The notes under the pieces: generated by a model
Database searches by the model: none
Told to the model about the DNA's origin: nothing
What the model saw: only the letters and a program-made list of their open reading frames with translations
In this document: positions 1 to 13,233 of the stretch, piece by piece
How positions within the stretch are numbered: position 1 is the stretch's first letter
Layout: every line of letters begins with the position of its first letter
NCBI RefSeq assembly: GCF_000002075.1
Contig: NW_004797510.1
Span: forward strand, 182,164 to 245,982
Length of the DNA stretch: 63,819 nt
Reading direction: 5' to 3'
DNA from: Aplysia californica
Lineage: Eukaryota
Translations under genes and position numbers: made by a program

Positions 1-201
1 TGACACATAACAAACAACGTGGGTGCAGACGTGAGCAAATTTCAAATTTTGGTTCACCCACGGCCACTAGATCTAGATACCTCACAATCGTATTCAGACA
101 TTTTAAACATTCTCCTAGTAATAACTCCTTACGTCAGGAGCTTCGTTAAACTGGCCATTTTCCTCCAGTATTTTTGCAAAATCCAGATGCATGCATATCT
201 G

Positions 202-330
202 CCTACGGTCCCGTAACACCACGCCTTAGCGCAGGTAGGACATACGGTCCCCTAGCGCCAAACACTATGGGGGCGTACGGTCCCCTAGCGCCAAGCGCTA
301 TTGGGGCGTACGGTCCCCTAACATCAGCCA
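202..330. repeat. Four degenerate ~33-nt tandem repeats with core TACGGTCCCCTA
   Basis: Core recurs at about 204, 243, 276 and 309. Confidence 0.75.
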
Positions 331-403
331 TTTTATATATATATACATTTATGAAGAAAAAATGTTTAATCTAGTCTCAATTGATGAGGGAAAATATGTT
401 TAA

Positions 404-1118
404 CACATTACACCCTAAGGGCCTGGACGGGAAGTCCACTGTTAGATCCTAAGCAAGGGGAAAGAACCCACCTCCCTTGAATACAAGCCTTTAAAAAACA
501 CATTTTAAAAATACTAAACAAATTCCAAAAATCCTGAAAAAATAAAAGTTAAAAAGAAAACTGAATGTAGTTTCAGAAAAATATAACTTTATGTATGCGC
601 AAACTGTTGGAAATGTTCTAACTTTAGTTCAATCGGGGTGTCCGACCCATCACTCTCACTCTCAGCCTCGCGGTCGGGCCCTAGGTCTAAATTCTAGATT
701 TTCTCCGTCTGATCAATCGGAATCGCCCCAAACTCTTCCTACAACGTTTTCATCAAAATCTGAGCCATCTGATTTGTCACATGCTCATTTTTGCTCAAAT
801 CCATCGTTATTTCCGTTTTCGAACTCAATTGTGTCGCTTTTCAACAAGTCGAGACACTTTCGAAGTGTCGGTAACGCGATCGCACTTCGATCAGCTCTAA
901 TACTAAAACTACTGGCCCGAAAAATTTCGTTTCGGTATCAAACGAAAGAAGAAACTTTTTGCTATACTATGCAAATCAAAATCCCGGCCCCAGAGTCTCG
1001 TCAAGGCGAGACTTTCGTTTCTAAAGACGCTGGGTCGGCGCGGGCGGTTCCGGGCGAGTCAGGGTGGAGCGCGTAAGGGAATTCCCGGGCGATCCCGGGC
1101 GAGTTAGGGTGTAATGTG
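404..1118. mobile_element. Non-autonomous piggyBac-like DNA transposon
   Basis: Perfect 15-bp TIR CACATTACACCCTAA / TTAGGGTGTAATGTG with TTAA on both sides (400-403, 1119-1122). Confidence 0.8.
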
Positions 1119-2292
1119 TTAAGTTAAGACAAATTAATACAAACTGCTGTGCAAAGTACGAATGGCACTTATTAACCCGTCAAAGTGGCTAAATGAGTAG
1201 TGAGTTTTGACTCAAGCAATGTCAAGCACGTGTCGGTGACACGGGGATCAGATGGGTGGTCACTGGAGTGTGTCCTTGAGCAAGACACGACAACCCTAGC
1301 TCAAACAACAGGGCGCTGCACAGTGGCGACCGAGAGTGGCATTGTTTGTAAACTGTTCTGTATTTGTGTAATAGTGTGTATTTATGTATGTATTTATGCA
1401 TGTATGTATTTATGTATGTACGTATTTATAATTATGTATTTATGTATGTACGTATTTATAATTATGTATTTATGTATGTATGTTTGCCATTGCAAAACAA
1501 AGTGCCCTTCTGGGACAAATAAAAGTGTAATTATTATTATTATTATTAAGTCGCGTCAGGAATTTTTAACCGGACTATAGTTAGTTGTAGGTAGAAGGAT
1601 TAGAACGACTGTCGCTCGTCCGAGTGTTCGGCGTGATTAGTATGAACGCGCAGGAATTCGAGTCTCCAGCGTGGACCGCGCAGTGCCTTACTGCAAAACC
1701 ACAGACACCCATGTTATCATTGTGTGAAAAGCTAAAGAAAAGTTAGAAGATCTGTTCAGTGACATGGGTCCTTTCATGAGAAGTGGTTACTGTTAAAATT
1801 TAGTTCCAAATTTGGAAGTCAAACAAAACAAAACTGAACAATAACGGCAGACACTTTTCCTGCCACTAAATGACCGTTACCGTACCCACGTGCTTCTCTT
1901 TACTGAAACAAAAGCACACCCGTACTTTCACCATATTGCAAAAGAAATAAATAATTATGTATACAGTGTTAGTGTATCATCAGCTTCTCCATCACGAGCC
2001 TCNNNNNNNNNNNNNNNNNNNNNNNNNNNNNNNNNNNNNNNNNNNNNNNNNNNNNNNNNNNNNNNNNNNNNNNNNNNNNNNNNNNNNNNNNNNNNNNNNN
2101 NNNNNNNNNNNNNNNNNNNNNNNNNNNNNNNNNNNNNNNNNNNNNNNNNNNNNNNNNNNNNNNNNNNNNNNNNNNNNNNNNNNNNNNNNNNNNNNNNNNN
2201 NNNNNNNNNNNNNNNNNNNNNNNNNNNNNNNNNNNNNNNNNNNNNNNNNNNNNNNNNNNNNNNNNNNNNNNNNNNNNNNNNNNNNNNNNNNN

Positions 2293-2377
<85 letters not shown>

Positions 2378-4981
2378 ACATTTGCACACCCGAGTTGAAC
2401 AGTTTTTTCTGACACTCTGAAACGTTTCCATTTGAACAACCCTCCAGCTTTATTATAATACAATTATTATACGTCATTTTTTCCAGCTCTTCTGCTCAAA
2501 ATGCTTTGTATTTGCCTGACGACGAGAACTATTTTTTTTCTTTTTTTTTTTTATTTGGTATTTCTCTTGCTGTCATGCAACGTTGTTCTCACAGAGTTAA
2601 GCAGCTTTCAAAAGACTTTTGACATACGAAGGACAGCTGACTACAAAAGATTTGAAAATAAATCGATAAGAGGTCATTATCGTTTTGCTAAAAATCCTCC
2701 ATTTTCACGTTTTTTCCTACACAAAAAAAAGTCCGTGCATCGGTTGTACAACAACAGAAAGTCGTCACCGTCTGTGTACATGGTTAAAATAACGATCATC
2801 CCTGTACCTAAGGACACTATGCTCCATGCTATACATTTTTATACTATCGGGCTGTAGCAATGCAGATCACGAGGCGACCTTTTTCTCGCTCCCATGTGCG
2901 TGGCTTCGTGTTTACGTCACCGAAAGTTTCGAAAGTTTGTGCGATGTCTCATGCTATGGTTGTGACACATTTAGATTTAGTATCTGAACTTCTAGACCAA
3001 GACTAGCAGGCAAAGGGTAAGTTCTATAGTGATTTAAAAAGTAATTTCTGTTTTTGATTTTAAAAAAATTGAAACACGATGATCCAAACAAAAAAAGCTT
3101 GGAAAATCGCCAAACTTTGGCCGCCATTTTCTTGCTAATTTTTGCTTCTGACGTCTAGGGCATCCTCGACCTTTGTCGATTAGTGAAGCAAAAAGACACA
3201 TTCCATGACCTTGGAGCTAGGCAGTTGCGTTCTTTGGACGTTTGGAGGCTATATGAGTTAAAATGTAAACTTAGCTCCCTGGCCTCTTAAAAAAGATGGG
3301 TGTTATATACACAATTTACATTTAATCTTTAATCTCCCTTAATATACAAAAATAGTCTAGGTAACTGTTACCATAATTACCGCAATCGATTGTCGGTCGG
3401 GATTGTTTAATTTCTCTTGGGAACAGTGTTTCCGAACGCGTTCGTCAAAATTCCCAAATCACAACACAATCACCAAAAGTTGTGTTGCATTGGATTTGTT
3501 AGAAACGGGCTGAAATCAGGATAATTTACCAGAATCTCAGCTACACACACACGCTTCTTTCAAAGTGTTTTTCATCGCATACCTATATGTACGCCTGAAT
3601 TGATAACTTAATTAATTAGCCCTTCATGAGAACTGGATTAGTGTTACGACCGCTGAAAAATTAAGCTCTAGTCTTTGTGACTTACAGATAAACTAGTTAG
3701 ATTCCTTGATACTGTATCATACACAAAGAGGTAGAATAATACAGTGATAATAGGCTAACGTAAAAGATGAGCGATATCAAAATGGGATTCCCCGACATTC
3801 CGGTGATAAGCAATGTACGCATTATGCATGTTGTAACTAAACTGTCAACCCGACATTCCGAGAGAGTGCTTGTAAAAGCATCCCCTAAAGCACCAATGAA
3901 GTGTCTGTATAATCCAATAATCACTACTTCCCTTCCTAATTTTGGAACATCTTCGCTGTCAAATTTACCCATAGAGGTAGGCCTCTTAAAGCAAATGTAA
4001 ATAGATGTTCATAATCACCAATGAACAGCGCGCACAACATTCAAATTTGTTTCATTGTCACATAAACACCCTGTTCACGCCTTTCAGGTCACTTTCATGA
4101 GTAGTCAGTCAAAAGCACTGATTTCGTAAGCGGAAAATTAGGGCCTGTGTCCACTGGGACAGACTCCAACCACCGCAATTCCGTATGTCTCTCGGAAAGT
4201 CGAAAGTTGAAATGGAGCGCCATATTTTTCCTAAGATATCAGTGAAAATTCCTTTTGGCTGTGTCAACAGATCCGACAAGACACGTCCCGACAAAAGACG
4301 CTTCAGCTGGAAAGCCGCTTGTTGCATTTTAGCCGGGCTGGGTGATGACTCATCAGCCATAGGTCCCGACAGAACTATGAAAAAAATTCTAAGAAGTCTA
4401 CTAGCAAACCACGTGGTTTGAATGCATAATCATTAACAATTTTACCAATTTTCCTTTAAACGCCATGCATTTCTTTTTCCCGCCTTGGGTTCATGTGACC
4501 TCTTGACTATTTATAGCCCCGCACCGAGAACACAACCGGCCATTACTGCGATGTAGCGTATACATCCGGTGAATTAGTAGGTCAACAGACTAGACATGTC
4601 TTTCACGAACTGTGGGGATACACAAGACAGAAACGACCCAACCGATTTTCCTCCTTCCGGCAAAAAAATCTGGCCGTGTTTGTCTCAGTGGACACGTAGC
4701 CTTAGACTGGCAGATTTTACCTCACAAGTGTGAAGGGAACGTGTGCACAACACTTATAACTGCCACATAATTACAGGTCCCCTGCCGTGTTCACTCTTTT
4801 TAGACCACTGCCATAAACAGTAACAAGCACTGATTAGGTAATCTAAGAATAAAACTTGTAGAGTGTACCTAAAAAGTGAGGGGAAGCCAACTCCTTATAA
4901 TCTCATGTCTGTTGTGGGTACTTGTTTGGGGTCTTTTTCCTCGACGTTTTGCCCCCCTTTAATCAGGACACGACTTGCTTA

Positions 4982-6900
4982 CACTGATCTACAATCTTTT
5001 TAAAGTTTCTGTTTTGGGCTCAGACATCATATTTTATTGAATTTTGGAGCGCTAACCACAAAAATGATAGTAAAATTTGACTTTTAGGTCTCATTCAGGT
5101 TTTCATATTTCACTATAAATACATGGAGTTAACTTCATACTTATTTGACTCCGTGTGTCTCATTGTTCGGGGCTGAAACCTGAAACCTCACTTTTTGTTT
5201 ATTTTTTCAAAATACAACGGTTCCCTTATAAATGATTCAATGCCACATTATATTAATATGACTTACTCATACTATATGCAAAGGATAGGAAAGTGCCGAT
5301 GATGAGCAGAGACAAAAGATCGGAACCTATCGCACTTTGCTCGTCCTCCACGACAGTGCAGCTCCTCACCAACTCGGGGCTACAACTCTGTGAATACAAG
5401 AGCAAGGGAAGCAAATTTTGCCTCATTCAGCCTACAGTTTGTCCTGACTTAGCTCCCTGTAATTTCAGGTCATTTTTCTATTCTGAAATATAAATTTGCT
5501 AGACGAAGGTATGAACGCATTCAAGACGCAGCAAGAGCAAGCTGTAAATATAGTGGTGCAAATCATACAGGAAGCTGACTACCCTTGCACATTCAGTAAT
5601 GGGCTATTGAGGCTGAAATCCTGCTTACAAAAGTCGAGAAGAATGTAGCTCGATTATAAACAAAACTATAGGTTTTTGTGTACCTTACAAAAACATAGCC
5701 AAATCACTATTCAGTTATAAGATTCTGCGTTGAGACGATCCAACGTTTTACCGTTACTCACAGAAGACCCGACTTTAGTTGCCATGTGGAGAGATTTTTT
5801 CCGAGTAAATCGGTCTCAGGATCTGTGCTGGGACGTTGTATTCCTCTCAATCCTAATTGGCCCTGATAGGCCCGCTTCTTAAATGATACAAATGTATGTC
5901 GATGGGTGCGTATTTAACACCTACTTCGATTTGAAAAGAAAACAGAGGTATTGGTTAGCATGTAAAGACTAGGCCGCTTCTTGTCGTATAAACAGTTCTT
6001 CTAACAATTGTAAAGCCTACAGCTATAAGCCTAAGTATGAGAATCAAATTTACAGAAATTAGTCTTATTCAACAACATTTTTTGTACTATAGCTGCATAG
6101 TTTATTTTCCAGATAAGCAAAATATGGTATTGTTGATTTTAGATCAAGACTCGTAACATGGCAGTGGGTTTTTGTACAAAATAGGTCACTGATGTGAGTG
6201 TGATTACACACCTCATGTGACCCTTTTATCTACATAATATTATTTTGTCAAAATGACAAGGTTGAGTAGAAGAAAAGCTACCGATGCAGAGGCATGCACG
6301 ATGCATTTGCCATGATAATATCCTTACACGTACAATGAATTAGTTAAAAATTGTCCAAGCAGTAATTTCTACCTTGAACATTTAATCATGATATTTTAAA
6401 TTTTGTTTTTCTACCTGGATCAATATCACTTGAACACTGACTTGGAAGAAAGATCCAACATTGAAGAAAGCGTTTGAATTCTTCACATTCTTTTTGTCAC
6501 GGAAGCTTTAGAATTCTCAGTCGAAAATGGCACATCATTGACTTTACTTTGCATACGTGGCCTACATTCAAATCAAACTTGGGGGATCGAAATAAATCTA
6601 GGTCTTTCAGCAAACTGCAAAATGTAAGTACAAAAATTATGCCAGTGAACAACGGGAACCACAGAGGGACCCTCATTTTGGAACTCCAGAGGAGCCAAAG
6701 GACCAAGTAATCTGAGTACAGTTAGAAAGATATACCCAAAATGGTCTACCCAAACCTGGATCACACAGTTTGCTAAGCACCCCATCCAAATGACATACCA
6801 GTGCCTGTTTTCACAGAATTACCGTCATCGGAGGGTGAAGGTAAAGCCAATAATAATATCAGAAGAGCTGCTGCATGGGACTAACAAAGATGAGTCATTA
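4982..6900 (+). mobile_element. Decayed Chapaev-like (CMC) DNA transposon, right end not found
   Basis: Left end CACTGATCTAC plus about 150 bp similar to 56006-56200; 6474-6830 keeps eroded N-terminal transposase motifs (FC..., LGDRNKS, DIPVPVF). Confidence 0.5.
5300..5650 (+). mobile_element. Mariner transposase remnant
   Basis: LLVLHDSAAPH (HDNAxxH-like) and CPDLAPCNF (YSPDLAPxDF-like), frameshifted. Confidence 0.55.
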
Positions 6901-7299
6901 CCTCTACCACTGATATCCTCTATTACGTAACTGTTCCAGCAGTTGGATCAAATGGCTGAAAAGAGGACAGAAACAAGATAGTATTTATCATTCAAGGATA
7001 AGATTAAGAAACATTGGTTAAAGCATCAAAACACAAAGTAGTCACAACGATCATTTTTTAAATCAATAAATTGTTATGTTTTCAGCAAGAGTTGTACTTG
7101 CTCAACAGACATGATGATGGAAAGGTGTAAATAAAACAAGAATAAACGTTCCTTGTTAATAAATAAATTATGCAATCTGGATCTTATAGCGTCCACAGCC
7201 TTCTTTACAGTTATTATCAAGTATAAGTTAGAATAAGCTTGTACGCCCTTCTATAATGCCATCAAAAATTCGTTGCGCGACTTATTGTCAAATGTCTCC

Positions 7300-9650
7300 C
7301 CAACTATCGAAAATAGGTTCTCCAATTTTTGCACAATGACTTGTATCAATTTGTCTTAACAGTTCAACATTTTTGTAACCCCCTGCAAGCTGTATTCTAG
7401 AAAATTCCTTAATAAATGCTAATACAAAATCGAAGTGGGTGGTTTCTACAGATTTTAAAAATGTTTACAGCTGGGGCAATAACAACTTTAACTTTTTCCA
7501 ATGCATACAGGATACAAAAGATTACACGAGACGTTGAAGACTTTTGGAGTACTTTTCAGGAACTAACCCTTCTCCTTCTTCTGTTTTACCACCAAAATTA
7601 TAAGTTAAAAGTAATTGGGCTCCTCCTCCAGGACGTAATGCTGCCCTTGACCTCTACTGTGATAACATAGAAACACATAGCAGAAACACTTGCAGACAAC
7701 CGCCAAAAACAGACAATTTATCCAGTGCAGAAAGAATGTGAACTCATTGATAACACCAATCTTACTATCCGTGAAGCTGACAAGGGAGGCTCCATTGTGG
7801 TCATGGACACCACTGACTACAACAACGCCATCTCGTCTATGCTGAACAACCCTTCTCTCTATAAACTCCTCAGCTCTGACCCCACTTCCTCTCACTTTAG
7901 CGCCATTCAGGAACAAATCCGCCATCTCGAATATCTCAACGTAATATCCCTAGATTTGTCCAAGTATATTCTTCACGGGGAGGTGTCGTGCCCCTACTTT
8001 TATGGCCTACCTAAAATCCACAAGTTAGCAAACAACAATTCCAAGCTCCCTCCATTTAGAGGCATTATTTCCCAAAATAATGGTCCTACAGTCAGAGCTT
8101 CCTATAGGTTAAACAGCATTCTCAAACCCCTTGTTCAGTACTTTTGAGGTACCCACTCAGTGAAAGATAACCTCCAAGTTCTCCACAAAAAAAACCTATT
8201 AGTTCAGAAAAAGTTCTCACTCCTGAAACTAACATTTTGGCCACAAACGTTGTCAGCATATACAACAACATACCACACAAAAAAGATTGAGGCGTGCCGC
8301 TCAGCCCTCAGAAGCCTTACACCTTTCAACACACATCAAACTTTAGAAATTTGCAAACTGTTGAAACTAGTCCTCACCCTCAATAATTTTTTATTCAACA
8401 ATCAAACTTTTCTCCAGCTGACTGGCACAGCGATAGGTACTCCAGTAGACCCCTCTTATGCCAACATTTTTATGGTTGAAAATTGACGCAAATGCGTCTC
8501 CCTTCTTCCCAACCAACCAGTTGTACTTCGTTACATGGATGACATTATCGCCTTGCACAATGGTGGTTCTGAAACAACCCAAAAAGTTCTCACTGATCTG
8601 AACAAGGTGCACCACCACATTAAATTTACTTATTCCAGCCCAGAGAAGTCCACTTCTTTCCTGGACGTGTCCCTTCTCATTGCAGATAACCAAATTAAGA
8701 CAGACCTGTATAAAAAACCTACCGACTCTAATCGTTACCTCGCACCTTCTTCAAACCATCCCAAACATATTTCGTTCTGTGGTCTATAGTGGTGTCCTTA
8801 GACTCCGCCGCATTTGTTCCCTTGAAAATTCTTTTAAATAACGGATAGAGGAATTAACAGCCGACCTTCTTCACAGTGGGTACCGCAAACATTTTTATAA
8901 CGCCCATTGTCAGCAAATTGAACCGCACAACACTTCTAACCTACAAACCCCATAAGCCCAAACAGAAAAGACCATTTTTCGCCAAAACTCATCATCAAAA
9001 ACTACGTAATGTACAGAAAATCCACAGCCAACACAAAAGCATCTTGGAAAAATCAGACAAAATGAAAGCCTGTTTCCCCCCCCCCCCTCTGATTGCACTT
9101 CGTCAGCCTCCCTATCTCGGCAATCTCCTCATTCTCACTAGAGCAGTTACACCCTCGTCCTTACCTCCGATAAACCCATGTTCCCCGCCTCAAAATTATC
9201 CTTGTCAAAAACCTAGATGCAAAACATGTGCTTACATGAAAGTAACCAACTTTGTAGAAGGCCCCCGCTTTAAAAGAAAACTTTTCCACTGGATCACTTG
9301 TGAAACCAAAAAAAGTCATCTACCTCATATCTTGTAAAGTCTGTCCAGCTCAATATGTAGGTCAAACTACAACCACACTAAGAGCTAGGTTTAATAACAA
9401 TAGGTATTTAGTCCACAAAAACTCCAGCACACCAGTTGGTCACCATTTCAACAGTCATGGTCCCAATGGAGCCTCCGATTTGCAACTTCATGGTATTGAA
9501 ATAGTTCAATATCCAACTAAAGAAAAACTTAACCAAAGAAAATCAATGTGGATTTGGAACTTGGGGTCTCACAAAATTCTCACTAGCCTTAACATCGACG
9601 AGCCCCATTTTAAGGACCTTAAATTTACAACGTATTCAACATTTTTTTAA
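7300..9650 (+). mobile_element. Penelope-like retroelement (RT + GIY-YIG endonuclease), pseudogenised
   Basis: ADKGGSIVVM, FYGLPKIHK, FRGIIS..GPT, GTAIGT...PSYANIFM, RYMDD, TDLYKKPTDSNRYL, CQKPRCKTC linker, VIYLISC..C..QYVGQT...LRARF; several stops and frameshifts. Confidence 0.92.
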
Positions 9651-10240
9651 ACATTTGATAGCTGATTCGATGGCTTCAAGTGAAAAAGTAGGCCAAGAAA
9701 ATAATGGATCAATGGAGTGATGGAGACCCTCCAAACGATCAACCTTACGGTTTTAACAGCAACGCACATGGCGCTCTTCCAACATTAATAACATCTCCCT
9801 CTCCTCGCATCATCGTGGGGGCAAAAAAGTAAAGCAGTGTAGTGTTAATCACAATCATAATAGTAATAATAAAAATAATTATAATCATCATAATCATAAT
9901 AGTAAATGAAANNNNNNNNNNNNNNNNNNNNNNNNNNNNNNNNNNNNNNNNNNNNNNNNNNNNNNNNNNNNNNNNNNNNNNNNNNNNNNNNNNNNNNNNN
10001 NNNNNNNNNNNNNNNNNNNNNNNNNNNNNNNNNNNNNNNNNNNNNNNNNNNNNNNNNNNNNNNNNNNNNTAATGACTTTTCACATAATAAAATGACAGGA
10101 ATGATAATAATGATACTTATCATCATCATCATCATCATCATCATAATCATCATCATCATCATTGTTTAAAAAGCGCAGTGGGTAAGGAGAGTCTTGTTTG
10201 ATTTGCAGACAAAAAATAAAAATAAAAATTATTTTAAAAT

Positions 10241-10297
<57 letters not shown>

Positions 10298-10539
10298 GTG
10301 CATGTCGGTTATTAACCGAGTTATTTCTATGTGCAAATTAGTAACACTTCTTCGCAGCCAAAGGAAAGCGCTTTTAAAGTGGGCAGTTAAAACTGGCAGG
10401 GTTACACAGCAGCGTGAGCTGCATATCATGAAGAATTATTCGTTACAGGAAAGAGCAAGTTAGGCACAAATGTACGCAAACACTGACAACGCCCAGGAAT
10501 TATACCGGTATAAACGTCTCAACAGGAGACACGAATAAC

Positions 10540-10780
10540 AGACCCAATTTGTTGTGCACTTGGTCGTTGGGTAGAACATTTTAACTTAAATTCTGTTATA
10601 ATTTGACCGTCAACCATGAATTTTGAGTCGATTGAGCGGCTTCCACAGTGAGACATCCATCAACTTCAAGCTTGTCAATTCCCAGCTATTGAGGAAACCA
10701 AAACCTCTGTACAACAGCTGTCTCTGAGTAAATCTTCAGTGGATGATTCAATTCTAGCTGAGATCTACTATTATGTCTAT
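10540..10780 (+). mobile_element. Short RTE/BovB-like LINE remnant
   Basis: Eroded RPS...ESIERLPQ...EET..VQQLS..KS..DSILAEIY, typical of the RTE ORF2 region before the RT domain. Confidence 0.45.
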
Positions 10781-13233
10781 GTTGGCCTTTTTCTCTTTGT
10801 TCCGCGTTCTAATTTTGGTGCCAATATTTGTAGGTTAAAAAGGTGGGTGGGGGGAGGGGGGAGGGGGTTATAGACCTATCTCGGTAACTGTGACCTTTCA
10901 GATAAAGCCTTATATCAAGGAGGTATAACAGGAAAACATCTCTAAAATGTAACTAATTTTTGTAATAAATGTTTGTGTAAGAAGTGGCATTGTTGTTATA
11001 TTAGTTGACTGGTGTTCTTTCATTTACACAGTACGCGCAGTACAACTGTTCAGATCATGTAATTCGACAACGAATTTTGATACGGTAAATGTGCACAACC
11101 CAGGTAAAAAGTAGCGAAAATAAAACGCTTTGTTTGCCTCATGCTCCATTTTTAAGTATTGTTATAATATATCCATGACACTGTCTTTTCTGATTTCTCG
11201 CATAGTGCTTCTATACCCTCAGTTGAAAAAGTTTTCAAGACCTGTGACGCTTAACAGAAACTAGGTCACTCTAGCAAAATGTTTCTTGTTGCTTAAAAAC
11301 ACATTCTGTTCTCGGACGCTATAAATCATATGTAACGTTATTAAGCATGTTGTGACTTTCCTGTCCAATTGTGTTTCTCAGCAATCGTAGGCCTGAGAGA
11401 GGATTAGGTGTGCAGATTATACCAAAGAAGGCAATTATTATTGAGGGATCTATAACATATAATAAGCAGCTATGTTCAGCCGTTCTTGATAAAACGTGCT
11501 TTTAAAAAGAAATGTATTTTTTCATTGTGAAGCAAGTAAATTTTGGTACACATTCACTTTGGTTTTGTTAGGTTATCTTTAAAGGTTGCATACAGGTCAA
11601 AAAGCCACGTCGACACTACTATTCGTTTTGGAGGGAAGGGTGTGATGCTGGCGAGCGCTGTTCGAAATCCACAAGTGGCATTCTTATAATCAGTATGGTA
11701 AAGAGTAAATAAACTATTATTAATTTCCACACCCTAGGAAACATGTCAAAATAAACGTTATGGTATAATCTCAGAGATAATGTCATACCGTAAAAAGGCA
11801 TAAAATGCAGGTGTATTTTTCTTTCACGTACATCAGAAAAAAAGTCTAAAGAGAAAATTTAAAAAAGATGAGGGGGGGGGGGGGTGCATGAAGCATCCCT
11901 AAACCTTGTGCTGAGCTAGTTCCTTACTTGCAGACCTGAGAGATGTATCTCTCTTTTATTTTCATGTAATATATTTACGGATTCAAAAGTATAGCGGTAT
12001 GCTGTAGACCCTAAAAGTTAGTAAACATCACAATTTAGAAACTTTATAAAGCGGGCTGCTTCAGTCTTGAATACCAGGACGAGCCGTGGCTGTGTGGGAT
12101 ACACCATCTCAAAAGATAGTTGGGGACAGTCAATAGATTAACTTGCCTAAGCTGGAATCGAACTCGCGTGTTCTGTGTGTAATGACACATTTTCTACCAG
12201 TTAGTCAACTGGCCTGTCTTATTGTTTCTTTGACTCAGGACAGTTAACAGCTTCCAATTTTTATAAATTGACACCTAGTGGCATCATGTACAATGTGCCT
12301 TACTTTAGTTTTGGTTTAAATAAACAAGCTTGATCATACTTTGTGGTAATACACATTATATTTTCCCATCAACTGGTATGCCATAGTAATAAATTAAGAT
12401 TTAAGGATACATCTTGAAGATACTTACACGGTTTTGTCATAATTGGCAGGAAGAGAAGAGTTAAAAATACAGACCTCTGGTGTTGATTTTGGCCTTTGAC
12501 TTTACAATTTAAAAAAAAATCTTAGGGAAGTCAGTTCGGGTACAACGAAAGTTGAGTTCACTCATCACTATTAAAGCTCTACGTTTTTTGACCGGCATCT
12601 ATGATGTAGACGTTGTAGGTTTTTCTCCGCAGCATGCAAAAAAATGTGAGTTCGATTCCCGAATGAGGAAGTTTTGTTTTATCAAGTCTCCCCGATTGAT
12701 GAAATTCCGCAATTAGCCCAGGTTTACCCTAGCAGGTAACTTAAGAGTAGCCCGTTTCCTAAATCATCTAATTTGTGACGAAGGGGGCGTACAACACCTA
12801 CAAATTTACAAAATCAAAATTGTCAGGTTTGTTTTGGTCTTGCATTTTGGGCTTGGGCAAGCTGTTGGCTTGGATGTCGTTGGAGGATTACACTACACAC
12901 AGTTGTCTCTGTCACCGTTCTCATTTTGGCACGCTGGAAGCCATGCTGGCACATCCCTACGTCTACGCCCCACTGAGATTTTAAAAAAACCCACTCTTAC
13001 CTTACCCTTATATGAAGTTCAGTACGGCTTGTAAAAAAAGGGACCAATTGTGTTCTGTTTCTCTTCTCTCAGATATGAGTAATAATAAATAATAGAAAGA
13101 ATAGAGTAAAAATTAGCTCAAAAAGCAAGTTCTTTGAGCTTAGCGACATGGTGATTCCCTCACCCCCCAAAAAAACCCCCAACAAAAAACCCAAAACAAA
13201 CAAACAAAAAAGTACAATTTTGTTCCAAAAGTA

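Noticed and set aside
202-330. CRISPR array
   Set aside because: Eukaryotic context, segments between the cores are short and related to each other, and no cas genes are present.
591-1076. 161-aa ORF inside the piggyBac-like element
   Set aside because: No transposase motif; likely incidental.
1890-2463. Long ORFs across N-gaps and microsatellites (also 9745-10463, 22181-23039, 35293-36168, 38286-39016, 52551-53019)
   Set aside because: Artefacts of N runs and stop-free simple repeats (poly-His, Ser, Met, ER).
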